Below, piece after piece: positions 19,190 to 28,363 of a stretch of 43,919 nt of DNA (the stretch's first letter is position 1; every line of letters starts with the position of its first letter). A program made the position numbers and the translations under genes. The DNA is taken from contig JBFLYA010000005.1 of NCBI GenBank assembly GCA_040757115.1, positions 1 to 43,919 on the forward strand. The letters are read 5' to 3'. This DNA is from a bacterium (lineage in GTDB: Bacteria; UBA9089; CG2-30-40-21; SBAY01). A model generated the notes under the pieces. The model was not told where the DNA came from, searched no databases, and saw only the letters and a list, made by a program, of their open reading frames with translations.

Positions 19190-20165
19190 TAAAATTATCT
19201 TGGTTTTGACAATGTTATTAATCTGGTTTAGGATGGCAGATGCTAATCCATGGGAAGTTAAGCCATGGAAAGAAGGTATGCTAATAGAAGAAACAGAATG
19301 GGGTCAAAAAGATGACCTTGAATACTTCCAGAAATTGGGTGATTTAGAAATGAGAGAGAAACTTATTGGGCAATATGAAAAAGAAGGTGGAAAACAGATT
19401 GGTTTTATAGGGATGCTCCTTTTAGAAAAAGATCCTACTAGCAGAACAATGGCTGCAGAGATATTAGGAGGGGGTGGCGAGGATTGGCTTGCCCGAGAGA
19501 ATACACCAGACCCAATTGCCGTCCCCCAGCTTATATATGCCTTAGAGAAAGACCCTTCTTGGGAGGTAAGAACTACAGTTGCATATTGGATATATTATAA
19601 ATTTCCCAAAGACCCACGGATTATTCCAGCACTAAGGAAGGCATTGAATGATGAATCTATTTATGTTAAACATTATGCCGCAACCAGTTTATTGGGATTG
19701 AAAGAAAAGGACATTTTAGTTATAAAGACTTGGGCAAATACCTATTTCTCATTAGATTCAAAGCCAGTAGGAGACTTTAGGCCTAGAGGGTCAAGTGCTT
19801 TGGTTGATATACCTTTAGCAAGGCCATATCTTCTTAAAGCAATGATGTATCATAAAGATATAGAGATGCGTATAATCATAGCTATGGGTTATTACTCCAA
19901 TAAGAAGGCAGACAAGACACTAAGAGAGGTTGCTTTAGTTACCCTACTTGAGGCTCTAAAAATCCCTCCTTACACACCTCCGTATAATGTAAGTGAATGG
20001 TTAGCAGTTAAAATAGCCCAAACATTAGGAGAAAACATAGATGATCTTATAGGTAATCAATTTGCAATAGATGCATTAAAAGAAGCAATGAAGATTACTA
20101 TACGTAAGCAAAGGATTGAAGAGCTATTGAACAAGATTGAGGGAAGAAATGAGAATAATAATTAG
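19173..20165 (+). CDS. Exported HEAT-repeat protein
   Basis: Signal peptide; LEKDPSWEVRTTVA and ALNDESIYVKHYAATSL. Confidence 0.75.
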   Translation: MVRILNKIILVLTMLLIWFRMADANPWEVKPWKEGMLIEETEWGQKDDLEYFQKLGDLEMREKLIGQYEKEGGKQIGFIGMLLLEKDPTSRTMAAEILGGGGEDWLARENTPDPIAVPQLIYALEKDPSWEVRTTVAYWIYYKFPKDPRIIPALRKALNDESIYVKHYAATSLLGLKEKDILVIKTWANTYFSLDSKPVGDFRPRGSSALVDIPLARPYLLKAMMYHKDIEMRIIIAMGYYSNKKADKTLREVALVTLLEALKIPPYTPPYNVSEWLAVKIAQTLGENIDDLIGNQFAIDALKEAMKITIRKQRIEELLNKIEGRNENNN

Positions 20166-22383
20166 TTTAATAATTGCTTTATTATCTATATCACAAGATG
20201 GACTTGCATATAATAGAGATTCAGCAAGTGAATACATACAAGACTGGGCAGTGGATCCCAACAACACACAACACAATGGCTGGAATTCGGATTACAACTT
20301 TTATGGAAATCCTCAAGGAAGAGGGGCAGATTGTGCAAACTTTGTCTCCCAAGTACTTAGAAGTGGATGTTATAGCCAGGAGATAGATAATTCGGGGATG
20401 GGAGACAATAGAGGTGGTATCCCTTCCTGTGAGGATTTAGATAATTTTTTAACCACAGGAGATAGATCAGATCATAATGAACTTACACGAATAAATGGTA
20501 GATTTGCTGCTCCACCTAATGATCTAGAAGTAGGTGATGTAATAATTTGGGGTTCTCCTCAAACAGGACAAAGCCACCATGCGGTAGTAGTTGCGTCAGT
20601 TACTACAAACCAGCAAGGTGCAATAACCAGAATTGGATATGCCGCTCATACAAACCCTCATGATAATGCAACCCTGTATAACAATGGTAATTGGAGAGGA
20701 ATATCAACTTATCCCGAACTCAATATCTATCACATTAATCCCTCACCTTCGCAAGATCCACATCCTGATGACCGTCCAGGAGAAGGAAGAGTTATATCAA
20801 CAACAGGTAGGGAAGGAGATGAAGTGTTTGCACCACCAACAATAATCGTTGTAGCCCATGACCCAAATGCAAAGTATGGAAAGCAGGGGATGGTAAATCC
20901 TGGAGAAATTTTAGAATACACCATAGAGTTTGAAAATGAGGGCGAGGGAATTGCTTATGGGGTTTATATCACAGATATATTAGACAAAGACTTTGATGAT
21001 TCTTCTCTTTGGGTAGGTGACGTTAAGAGAATAGATGAAAATGGAAATGAAACAGAGGCAAACTTTGCATACAGATATGACCCTAAAACAAGGATGATTA
21101 CTGTATTTGTTGATAATGGAGGAGAGGTTTTGTCAAAGAATGGAGGGAAGTTTAACATAAGGGTCCCGGTAAGGGCTGATGCAACGGAAGGAATGGTTAT
21201 TGAAAACTATGCTACGGTATATTTCCCAAGTGTTCCTGAAGAGACAAAAACAAATGCCATTGTTTCTGTAGTCCCTTATGAAACAAGAATGCTCTTAGAA
21301 TCTCCTTCTGTTCAATACTCTGACTCAATAATCCTTCAAGCAAGCATTACTACTACAACAGGAGAAAAGCCTGTGCCTTATGGAGAGGTGAAATTTGCCT
21401 GGGAAAAAGGAAACCAGACTACAAGGACAGATAAACAAGGAAATTGCTTTGGCTATTTTGATGAAGATATTAGTCCTGGAACCTATGCCGCAACCTCTAT
21501 CTTTGCAGGTGATGGATTCTATTACCTTCCAGCAACAGATACAAAAGGGATAAAGGTATTAAAGGAAAATACCTCAATATCTCTCTTAAGTTCAGATATA
21601 AAAGAGGAAGGAACAAGCAATATAACCATAAAGATGGTGGATGATGACGAATCAGAGATTTTACATCAAGAAGACGAGCCAAAGATAATATACCTTGAAT
21701 ACTACAATGATGGTTGGCAGACCATTAAACAAGGGACATTAACAGGCAAAGAAATAAATTTTGAATTTACACTTCCTGTATTAACAAATCCAATAACTTT
21801 AAGAGCAAGATTTCAAGGGGATACAAGATATAATTCTTGCTCTGAAATAATAACACTTGAATCTTCAACAATTAAAGTATTCCCGGAACAAGGAGAGGCA
21901 GGACAGGAAGTAACATTAGAAGGTAGTGGATTTGGCACCAATTCCATTATTTATATTGATTTTGGAACGCATCTGACCATTGCGACAACTACCTCAAATG
22001 AATTTGGCACATTCCAGACTACATTTATTTTAGATAAGCAGTCACAAGGGACAAAGACAATTAGAGCAAGAGATGCCTATGGAAATTATGCAATAACGAT
22101 ATTTAAACTTATAAATATCCTTATATTTGCACCAAATAATAATAACGCCTTTGCCTATCCAAATCCATGGAGGGGTGAAGGCGATATTTACTTTGCCAAT
22201 GTAAGTGAGGGTTCAACAATAAAAATTTACACCATAGCCGGTGAGGAAATAGACAGGATTGATGTAACTAAAAATCCTCAAAGATGGGATGTCAAAAGCA
22301 AAAGAATTGCCTCAGGTATCTATATCTATTGCATTACAGGCAAAGGCGGCAAGAAAATAGGAAAGATAGGGGTGATAAAGTAG
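20149..22383 (+). CDS. Secreted protein: Amidase_6 (NlpC/P60-like) domain, Ig-like domains and FlgD/T9SS-like C-terminal domain (start probably ATG 20149)
   Basis: YNRDSA..Y, DCANFVSQVL, GDVIIW, HHAVVV, YAAHT; VAHDPNAKYG...YTIEFENEG; YPNPW...IKIYTIAGE...WD...ASGIYIY. Confidence 0.8.
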   Translation: MRIIISLIIALLSISQDGLAYNRDSASEYIQDWAVDPNNTQHNGWNSDYNFYGNPQGRGADCANFVSQVLRSGCYSQEIDNSGMGDNRGGIPSCEDLDNFLTTGDRSDHNELTRINGRFAAPPNDLEVGDVIIWGSPQTGQSHHAVVVASVTTNQQGAITRIGYAAHTNPHDNATLYNNGNWRGISTYPELNIYHINPSPSQDPHPDDRPGEGRVISTTGREGDEVFAPPTIIVVAHDPNAKYGKQGMVNPGEILEYTIEFENEGEGIAYGVYITDILDKDFDDSSLWVGDVKRIDENGNETEANFAYRYDPKTRMITVFVDNGGEVLSKNGGKFNIRVPVRADATEGMVIENYATVYFPSVPEETKTNAIVSVVPYETRMLLESPSVQYSDSIILQASITTTTGEKPVPYGEVKFAWEKGNQTTRTDKQGNCFGYFDEDISPGTYAATSIFAGDGFYYLPATDTKGIKVLKENTSISLLSSDIKEEGTSNITIKMVDDDESEILHQEDEPKIIYLEYYNDGWQTIKQGTLTGKEINFEFTLPVLTNPITLRARFQGDTRYNSCSEIITLESSTIKVFPEQGEAGQEVTLEGSGFGTNSIIYIDFGTHLTIATTTSNEFGTFQTTFILDKQSQGTKTIRARDAYGNYAITIFKLINILIFAPNNNNAFAYPNPWRGEGDIYFANVSEGSTIKIYTIAGEEIDRIDVTKNPQRWDVKSKRIASGIYIYCITGKGGKKIGKIGVIK

Positions 22384-22485
22384 AGGACAGAAGACAGATT
22401 ACTAATCTCGCAAAGGCGCCAGGTTGTAACCTTTGCGAGCTTTGCGCCTTTGCGAGAAATATAATATCATAAAGGTATTTTTCAG

Positions 22486-23664
22486 ATGAAAAAGATGTTT
22501 AAATATTTAATACTATCGATTTTTTTAGGTATAAGTATAGGGGCTTATGCTGCAGATTTATATGTCCCCAGCCAATACAAAACTATCCAGAAGGCAGTGA
22601 ACAAGGCAAAGACAGGGGATAAAATTTATGTTGCCCCGGGCATTTATAAAGAGAGTATTACCATTAAAAAAGGGATTAGCCTGATAGGAATAAACCCGGA
22701 CAAATACATCATAACCTCTTCCCATCTCAAAAATGGAAATACCATTATCTTTGAAGGGAAATCTGCCAATGGGACAATCACCGGCTTTACTATAACCGGG
22801 GCAAAAGGCTTCTTAGATAGAGGTAATGGAATACTCTGTTGCGACGGAGCAAGTCCTGTGATTATGAAAAATAGGATAAAGGGGAATGAGAATGGTGGTA
22901 TTTTCTCCTGGCACTCTTCTCCGAATATTATAAAAAATATCATTTCGAAGAATAGATGTGCTGTTGACTTTTCCGATTCTGATTCAATTATTTCAAATAA
23001 TATGCTCTTGGATAACAGATTTGGAATTACTTGCTCAGAATCTTCTTTAACCATTACTAATAATACAATATCAAGAAATAGTTTGAATATTGGTAGTGAT
23101 GACTCTTCTTATATAACCATTACCAACAATCTCATCTCAGAAGGAAAGAATGGCATAGGAGGCAATAAATCTTATCTTACCATCACAAATAATACAATTG
23201 TAGGAAATAAACGAGGAGGGATCAATGTTGGAAATTCTCAGATAATCATTATGAACAACATCATTGCCAAGAATGGAAAGAACATTGCACAGAATGGAAA
23301 AGGGGAAAGAAAGACAAGATGTGGAATTGATTGCCGAAATTCAGATATTAAAGGAGATTTCAACTGTTTTTTTGACAATGGTCCAGGGATTAGAGGGACA
23401 CAGAATTATTGTTTGGCTCCTCCTAAACCCCCACAGCCTCCAGACGAGCCAGAACACTACATCTACAAATCCCATTTAGGGGCAAATGAGATTCAAAAAG
23501 ACCCAAAGTTTATCAGCGAAACTGATTTCCATCTAAAGCCATTTTCTCCTTGCATAGACAGAGGTTCAAACAAAGCCCCAAAACTTCCCAGGAAAGACAA
23601 AGATGGGAAGGAAAGGATAATCAATAAGAGGGTTGACATAGGTGCGTATGAATATTCAAAGTAA
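22486..23664 (+). CDS. Secreted single-module beta-helix protein, paralog of the N-terminus of the 13576 gene
   Basis: MKKMFKYL...AADLYVPSQYKTIQKAVN; ITNN repeats; CIDRG...VDIGAYE. Confidence 0.85.
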   Translation: MKKMFKYLILSIFLGISIGAYAADLYVPSQYKTIQKAVNKAKTGDKIYVAPGIYKESITIKKGISLIGINPDKYIITSSHLKNGNTIIFEGKSANGTITGFTITGAKGFLDRGNGILCCDGASPVIMKNRIKGNENGGIFSWHSSPNIIKNIISKNRCAVDFSDSDSIISNNMLLDNRFGITCSESSLTITNNTISRNSLNIGSDDSSYITITNNLISEGKNGIGGNKSYLTITNNTIVGNKRGGINVGNSQIIIMNNIIAKNGKNIAQNGKGERKTRCGIDCRNSDIKGDFNCFFDNGPGIRGTQNYCLAPPKPPQPPDEPEHYIYKSHLGANEIQKDPKFISETDFHLKPFSPCIDRGSNKAPKLPRKDKDGKERIINKRVDIGAYEYSK

Positions 23665-23926
23665 TTATTCAGCCACTGATTAACACGGATTAGCACGGAT
23701 AAATAGAATGAGTTTAAAATATGAAAAAATAACAGAGGATATTATCGGAGGAGCCTATGAAGTTTACAATGTTCAAAGGTTTTATGGCTTTCTGGAAAAA
23801 GTTTATCAAAAAGCATTGCAGGTTGAATTATTGTAACGAAAACATTTAGCAGAATTAGAATATCCAATTAAACTAAAATACAAAGAAGTTATTGGTGGTG
23901 AATTATTTGTAGATGAAAAAGTTATT
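23661..23926 (+). pseudogene. GxxExxY pseudogene (5' part) behind CACGGATT arms, cut by a MITE
   Basis: From 23708: MSLKYEKITEDIIGGAYEVYNV / YGFLEKVYQKALQVELL* ... FVDEKVI with frameshift and stop. Confidence 0.85.
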
Positions 23927-24117
23927 GTAACCGTTCACCGCAGAGACAAAAGAGTTCGCAGAGAAAAAATTAAAATCTATGGACGAGACGCTTAACATCC
24001 CTGATTTTCATCAGGGCAAGCTCTTGAGTACAACAACATTAAACTGTTAGCTGATTTATTTCTATGTCTTCTCTGTTCCTCTGCGTCTCTGCGGTAAATT
24101 ACCACCTGAACAGTTAC
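23927..24117. mobile_element. IS66-like-ended MITE, shorter homolog of 33596-33894
   Basis: GTAACCGTTCACCGCAGAG ... CTCTGCGTCTCTGCGGT...CTGAACAGTTAC; shared internal CATCCCTGATTTTCATCA. Confidence 0.8.
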
Positions 24118-24192
24118 AGGAAAAATTTTACTTTGACAAAAAACAAGATTTATGGTATAATTTAAAAAGAATGATACGAGGGGATTTAAAAA

Positions 24193-24573
24193 ATGAATAA
24201 AAAATTAGCCTTAGCAGAAGAGTTTTTGGAAGAAGGGAAACTTGAACTTAAAAGATATGAGGCGACAAAGAAGGAAACATCTTTATGGCAAGCTTGCGAA
24301 AAGGGGTGGGCTACAGCTGCCTGTGCTCTAAAGGTAGTGAATCCAAAGATTAGGCGTCATGCTGACTTCGGAAAGACCGCTACACAATTGGCTAAAGAAT
24401 ACGGCAATCTTGATTTAATGCATGGTGAAGCCTGTGGTGAAATGCTTCATCGTAGCGGTTTCTATGAACATGCGTTGGATAAAGAGGTTGTAAAAGAAGG
24501 GCTTTTTTCTATTGAAAGTTTTTTAAATTTAATAGATAACATTCTATTAAATGGAAAAAAAGAAAAAACCTAA
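24193..24573 (+). CDS. PaREP1-like HEPN-superfamily protein
   Basis: QACEKGWATAACALK and LHRSGFYE; TTGACA and TATAAT upstream. Confidence 0.65.
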   Translation: MNKKLALAEEFLEEGKLELKRYEATKKETSLWQACEKGWATAACALKVVNPKIRRHADFGKTATQLAKEYGNLDLMHGEACGEMLHRSGFYEHALDKEVVKEGLFSIESFLNLIDNILLNGKKEKT

Positions 24574-24576
24574 CGA

Positions 24577-24740
24577 GTATAGCGTTCTATAAGTAGATAT
24601 AACAATATAAAGTTTTTGTGTATAATACCGATAATAATATAGACTTTAGAAGGAGATATTATATGGCGAGGCAAGCGAAGCGAGGAATGATTAAGTTAAC
24701 GAGGGAAGAGATGTCCGAGCTCTGGAGATGTTGAGAGAGC
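24577..24740 (+). pseudogene. IS630-like left end with truncated transposase N-terminus
   Basis: TA-initiated end, RBS AAGGAG, ORF from 24663 MARQAKRGMIKLTREE then frameshift. Confidence 0.6.
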
Positions 24741-24767
24741 TCAAAAGGAGAAAGGGGGAAGAAAAAA

Positions 24768-25793
24768 ATGGCTGTATTCTCACAATCTTTAGTTCTTGAA
24801 AAAGCTAATCTTCCGAAAATAAAGAAAGCACTCCATAGACTTCATTCAGGCACAGGAGAAGAAACAATTGCATCTACAGGATTCTTGATTCGTGAACTAT
24901 CCAGACAAGCCGCAACACCAGAAGTTCAGGAAATCATGAAACAACTTATTAATAGATTAATTCGCGATTCACATAGTATATGTGTGAGTATTAGAGACAG
25001 AGCGATTAAAGAATTAGGAAAGTTAATCAATGAATTAGTTAAATCGAAAGATTTAGAAGGATTAAGATATGTGGCAAGGGCAAGTTATTTTAGTGATAAT
25101 AGAAATAAAGCCCTTAAGGAATTAGTTAGATTTGAAGACCTCAAAGGATTAAGATATATCGCCCAGTGGGGAAGATTTAGAGATATTAGAAACAAATCAG
25201 TTGCAGAATTGGCTAAATTTAAAGATACAGAGGGACTGCGATTTGTTGCTCAGTGGAATATGTATCGGGATACGGCTAATCGCGCGGTTAAAGAACTTGA
25301 AAAATTAACTGAAAAATTGGTTAGATTTAAAGATAGAGATGGTCTGAAATGCTTGATAATCTTCAGTAAAGATAGAGAGGCTCAACGCAAAGCAATAGAC
25401 GGATTAGAAAAATTGTTAGATGAGTTAATCAAATCTAAAGACTTAGACTCTTTACGATATGTCGCCGCATTAGGTAGTAATAGAATAAAACGAAATAGGG
25501 CGGTAGAAGAAATTAATGATTTAAAATCTCTCAAATATGTAGTCAGGTCTACTAAAGGTGTTTATAAAGATACTTGCCTTAAGGCGGTGCAAGAGTTAGA
25601 AAAATATATTGATGAAATGATGAAAACTAAAGATAGAGAAGGATTGGAGTACTTAGCAGAATTTAGTTCTAATGAATCTATATGGAAACAAGCAATTGAA
25701 GAAATACATAAGATAAGAGAGGTAAGTCAGGAAGATAAAGTTACCGAATCTTTACAAAAAATCCTTCTACCAAGAAAAATTGGGGGTGAATAG
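24768..25793 (+). CDS. Alpha-helical repeat protein (HEAT-like)
   Basis: Recurring K-D-x-E-G-L-R-Y-V-A ... R-N-K-A-V-x-E-L units. Confidence 0.75.
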   Translation: MAVFSQSLVLEKANLPKIKKALHRLHSGTGEETIASTGFLIRELSRQAATPEVQEIMKQLINRLIRDSHSICVSIRDRAIKELGKLINELVKSKDLEGLRYVARASYFSDNRNKALKELVRFEDLKGLRYIAQWGRFRDIRNKSVAELAKFKDTEGLRFVAQWNMYRDTANRAVKELEKLTEKLVRFKDRDGLKCLIIFSKDREAQRKAIDGLEKLLDELIKSKDLDSLRYVAALGSNRIKRNRAVEEINDLKSLKYVVRSTKGVYKDTCLKAVQELEKYIDEMMKTKDREGLEYLAEFSSNESIWKQAIEEIHKIREVSQEDKVTESLQKILLPRKIGGE

Positions 25794-25851
25794 AATCTTA
25801 GTAATCAGTAAAGAAGTTCTCGCTAAACGGTAAAGGTCAACTTCATTTTCT

Positions 25852-26322
25852 GTAACCGTTCAGGAATATAGTCACAGAGAACACAGAGGGAATATATAAT
25901 CACGAATGAACACGAATAATAAAAAGATTTGTAGTGCGAGGCTTTAGCCTCGCTTCTGGCAAGCAGGAAAGCGAACCTAATTGCTTTTTCATAAATAGGT
26001 TCCTCTTTTGGGGAGAGCGATAGCAAGAAGAACTTTAATGTAAATATCAAAATGCAAATATCAAAATTACAATGCAAAATGCAAAAATACTTGTAAATTA
26101 ACAAAGTAGCTGGAGAATATTTTGATTTTTGATTTGTAATTTTACATTTTGATGTTTGATTTTTAATTTATTTTATGGTATTCCAGAAAAGTGGAAGTTA
26201 ATTTTGCAAAAACCATAAGGTTCGCACTACATTTATCGAATGTCACAGGTTAATTCGTGTCCATTTGTGGCTAATTTCTCTAATTCTCTGTGAACTCTGT
26301 GCCTCTGTGGCTGAACGGTTAC
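25852..26322. mobile_element. Inverted copy of the 11718-11957 MITE with a nested ~235-bp insertion (~25981-26215)
   Basis: GTAACCGTTCAGG ... CTGAACGGTTAC; both halves match the reverse complement of 11718-11957; insert has CAAAAT/TTTTGA heptamer arms. Confidence 0.85.
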
Positions 26323-26710
26323 GGAAGTAGAAAGTAAAGAAAACATCACTCCTCACGCCTATCTCCTTACCTCCCACCTTCTATCTCCTACCACTATTTT
26401 CATCCTCCTTGTGTCCACCCTGTGGACATGTCCGTTTCTCCTGAAAATAGTTAATTAGAGATTAGAGAATTAGTGAATTAGAACCTGCACTCTTGCTAAT
26501 CTCTAATCTCCAATCTCTAATCTCTATGCCCGATTTTCATCCTCCTTTGTGCCCACTCCCTGTGGGCATGAGCGTTTCTTCTGAAAATAGTTTTTTCACG
26601 CAAAGGTAATTTTTCCCTTATTTCCCTTTGCGTTCTTTGCGTGCTTGGCGTGAAACTTCCTTTCCCCTGAAAATATCCGCAGATTTCGCCGATTACACAG
26701 ATTTTTCTCC
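26323..26710. repeat. Array of ATTTTCA...TGAAAAT hairpin sites (26396-26448, 26533-26588, half-site 26667-26674) separated by distinct repeat-arm cargos
   Basis: Unit ATTTTCATCCTCCTTTGTGCCCACTCCCTGTGGGCATGAGCGTTTCT(C/T)CTGAAAAT. Confidence 0.85.
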
Positions 26711-26735
26711 TTAATTTATCCTCTACTGCTGATTC

Positions 26736-26810
<75 letters not shown>

Positions 26811-26938
26811 ATTAAGTTGATTGGTCATTGAAATTTATTTGTAATTTGGTATTTGTGATTTGGAATTTTGTGATTTTCAATTGATTTAACCGTTACTTCA
26901 GACGGCTAAATAGTTACATAACTTATTTCCTTGTTTCC

Positions 26939-27328
26939 TTAACACTTTATTGTCTGATTTTTTTCTTGTTTTTTAATCTCCTTCCAATGAGCAATGACCT
27001 CTTGTGAATTATTAAACTTCAAATCGCCAAATACATGTGGATGTCTGCGTGTAAGTTTTTCACAGATGCCGGTTAAAACATCCTGAATGTCAAACAGCCC
27101 TTTTTCTTTTGCCAATTGAGCCTGCATCACAATTTGCAACATCAAATCGCCCAGTTCTTCTTTTAATCCATCAGGTTCTTCATTCTCAATCGCTTCGAGC
27201 ACTTCATAAGTTTCTTCAAGTAAATAAGGTTTAAGGGATTGAGAGGTTTGTTCTTTATCCCACGGACAACCGTTTTCACCACGTAATCTGGCAATTATCT
27301 CAACTAATTGTGTAAATTGCTCTTTCAT
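26939..27328 (-). CDS. mazG: MazG nucleotide pyrophosphohydrolase (single domain)
   Basis: LRGENGCPWDKEQT, EETYEV, EELGDL, RRHPHVF. Confidence 0.92.
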   Translation of the reverse strand: MKEQFTQLVEIIARLRGENGCPWDKEQTSQSLKPYLLEETYEVLEAIENEEPDGLKEELGDLMLQIVMQAQLAKEKGLFDIQDVLTGICEKLTRRHPHVFGDLKFNNSQEVIAHWKEIKKQEKNQTIKC

Positions 27329-27432
27329 TTTATTCGGTAAAACAACTATTTTTTATCAGTGGGTCTAATTTCTTCAATTATCCCATAGACAGAGACATAA
27401 AGTACTGCAATTCCAGCAATTGTAAAATAAAT

Positions 27433-27724
27433 GTAACTATTCACCGCAGAGACGCGGAGACACAGAGAAAAAATTAAAATCTATTGGCTATACGCTTAAT
27501 TCCATCTCTTAGAACAGAAACATTAAAATTGATCAATAAACCTATCCTTTTATTCATCATTTTTAGATAGGTTAAAAGTTGAGCTTCGTGAATCGGAAGT
27601 AGTTGCTCGACTGCTTTTAATTCTACGATAACTTTTTCTTCAACTAAAAGATCTATCCGGTATCCACAATCTAATTTAAATCCTTTTTTCTTTGTTCCTC
27701 TGCGTCTCTGCGGTGAATAGTTAC
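27433..27724. mobile_element. MITE with perfect 23-bp terminal inverted repeats carrying the C-terminal half of a GxxExxY gene (minus strand, ~27474-27686)
   Basis: GTAACTATTCACCGCAGAGACGC / GCGTCTCTGCGGTGAATAGTTAC; KGFKLDCGYRIDLLVEEKVIVELKAVEQLLPIHEAQLLTYLK...GLLINFNVSVLRDGIKRIANRF*. Confidence 0.9.
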
Positions 27725-27725
27725 C

Positions 27726-28304
27726 TCATTTTTTACCTTCTTCCTTTTTACTACTTCCTAACAAAGTCAAATTCTTAGTAATCTTTGCCTCTTTTTTCAA
27801 TCCTTCTATCCATGTCTGAAACATCAATCGCGTTTTTGTCTCATCTTTTCGCATCATCATCCGTTTAATATCTTGTTTAATCTCATCAAATCCTTTTCCT
27901 GGGAACGCTTGAGATAATTGTGTTTGGTGAGTTTCGTAAAACTCTTTTGCCTCGTCATCGCTTATCTTGATTTTATCAAAGACCTTAACCTTAATTAACT
28001 CCTCAATCAGCATTTGATTTTTAAGCAGAGTTAATCGTTCTTGAACTTCCTTTTTGCGAGGCAAGCCTTCTTTTATTGCCTCTTGAATCATCAACTTTTC
28101 CGTAATCATCTGGTCTAAAAGTTTCTCCTTCATCGCTGGTGTAGTAAGCATAGATTGATAAGCAGGAGGAAGATTACGAAATTGGTCTTCAAACTCTTTA
28201 AGTGTAATTTTTTCTCCTCTCACCGTAGCTAAAGTTGGGGATTTAGTCCCACAACCTGTTACAAGAAAACTCAAACAAATCAACACAATAAAATATTTGG
28301 ACAT
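27726..28304 (-). CDS. SurA/PrsA-like chaperone lipoprotein apparently lacking the parvulin domain
   Basis: Lipobox LVTGC; LATVRGEKITLKEF, LLDQMITEKL, KEFYETH, WIEGLKKEAKI. Confidence 0.75.
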   Translation of the reverse strand: MSKYFIVLICLSFLVTGCGTKSPTLATVRGEKITLKEFEDQFRNLPPAYQSMLTTPAMKEKLLDQMITEKLMIQEAIKEGLPRKKEVQERLTLLKNQMLIEELIKVKVFDKIKISDDEAKEFYETHQTQLSQAFPGKGFDEIKQDIKRMMMRKDETKTRLMFQTWIEGLKKEAKITKNLTLLGSSKKEEGKK

Positions 28305-28363
28305 CTTTTTTACCTCCTGTTGATAAATTGTATCACATTAGTTATAAAAAAGCAAGTATTTTT

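Noticed and set aside
26323-26710. CRISPR array
   Set aside because: Repeats are ~55 bp, only 2-3 per locus, spacers are uneven low-complexity inverted repeats, and no cas genes are present
27330-27432. Possible gene tail IYFTIAGIAVLYVSVYGIIEEIRPTDKK* upstream of mazG
   Set aside because: No start (cut by the MITE) and no recognisable family
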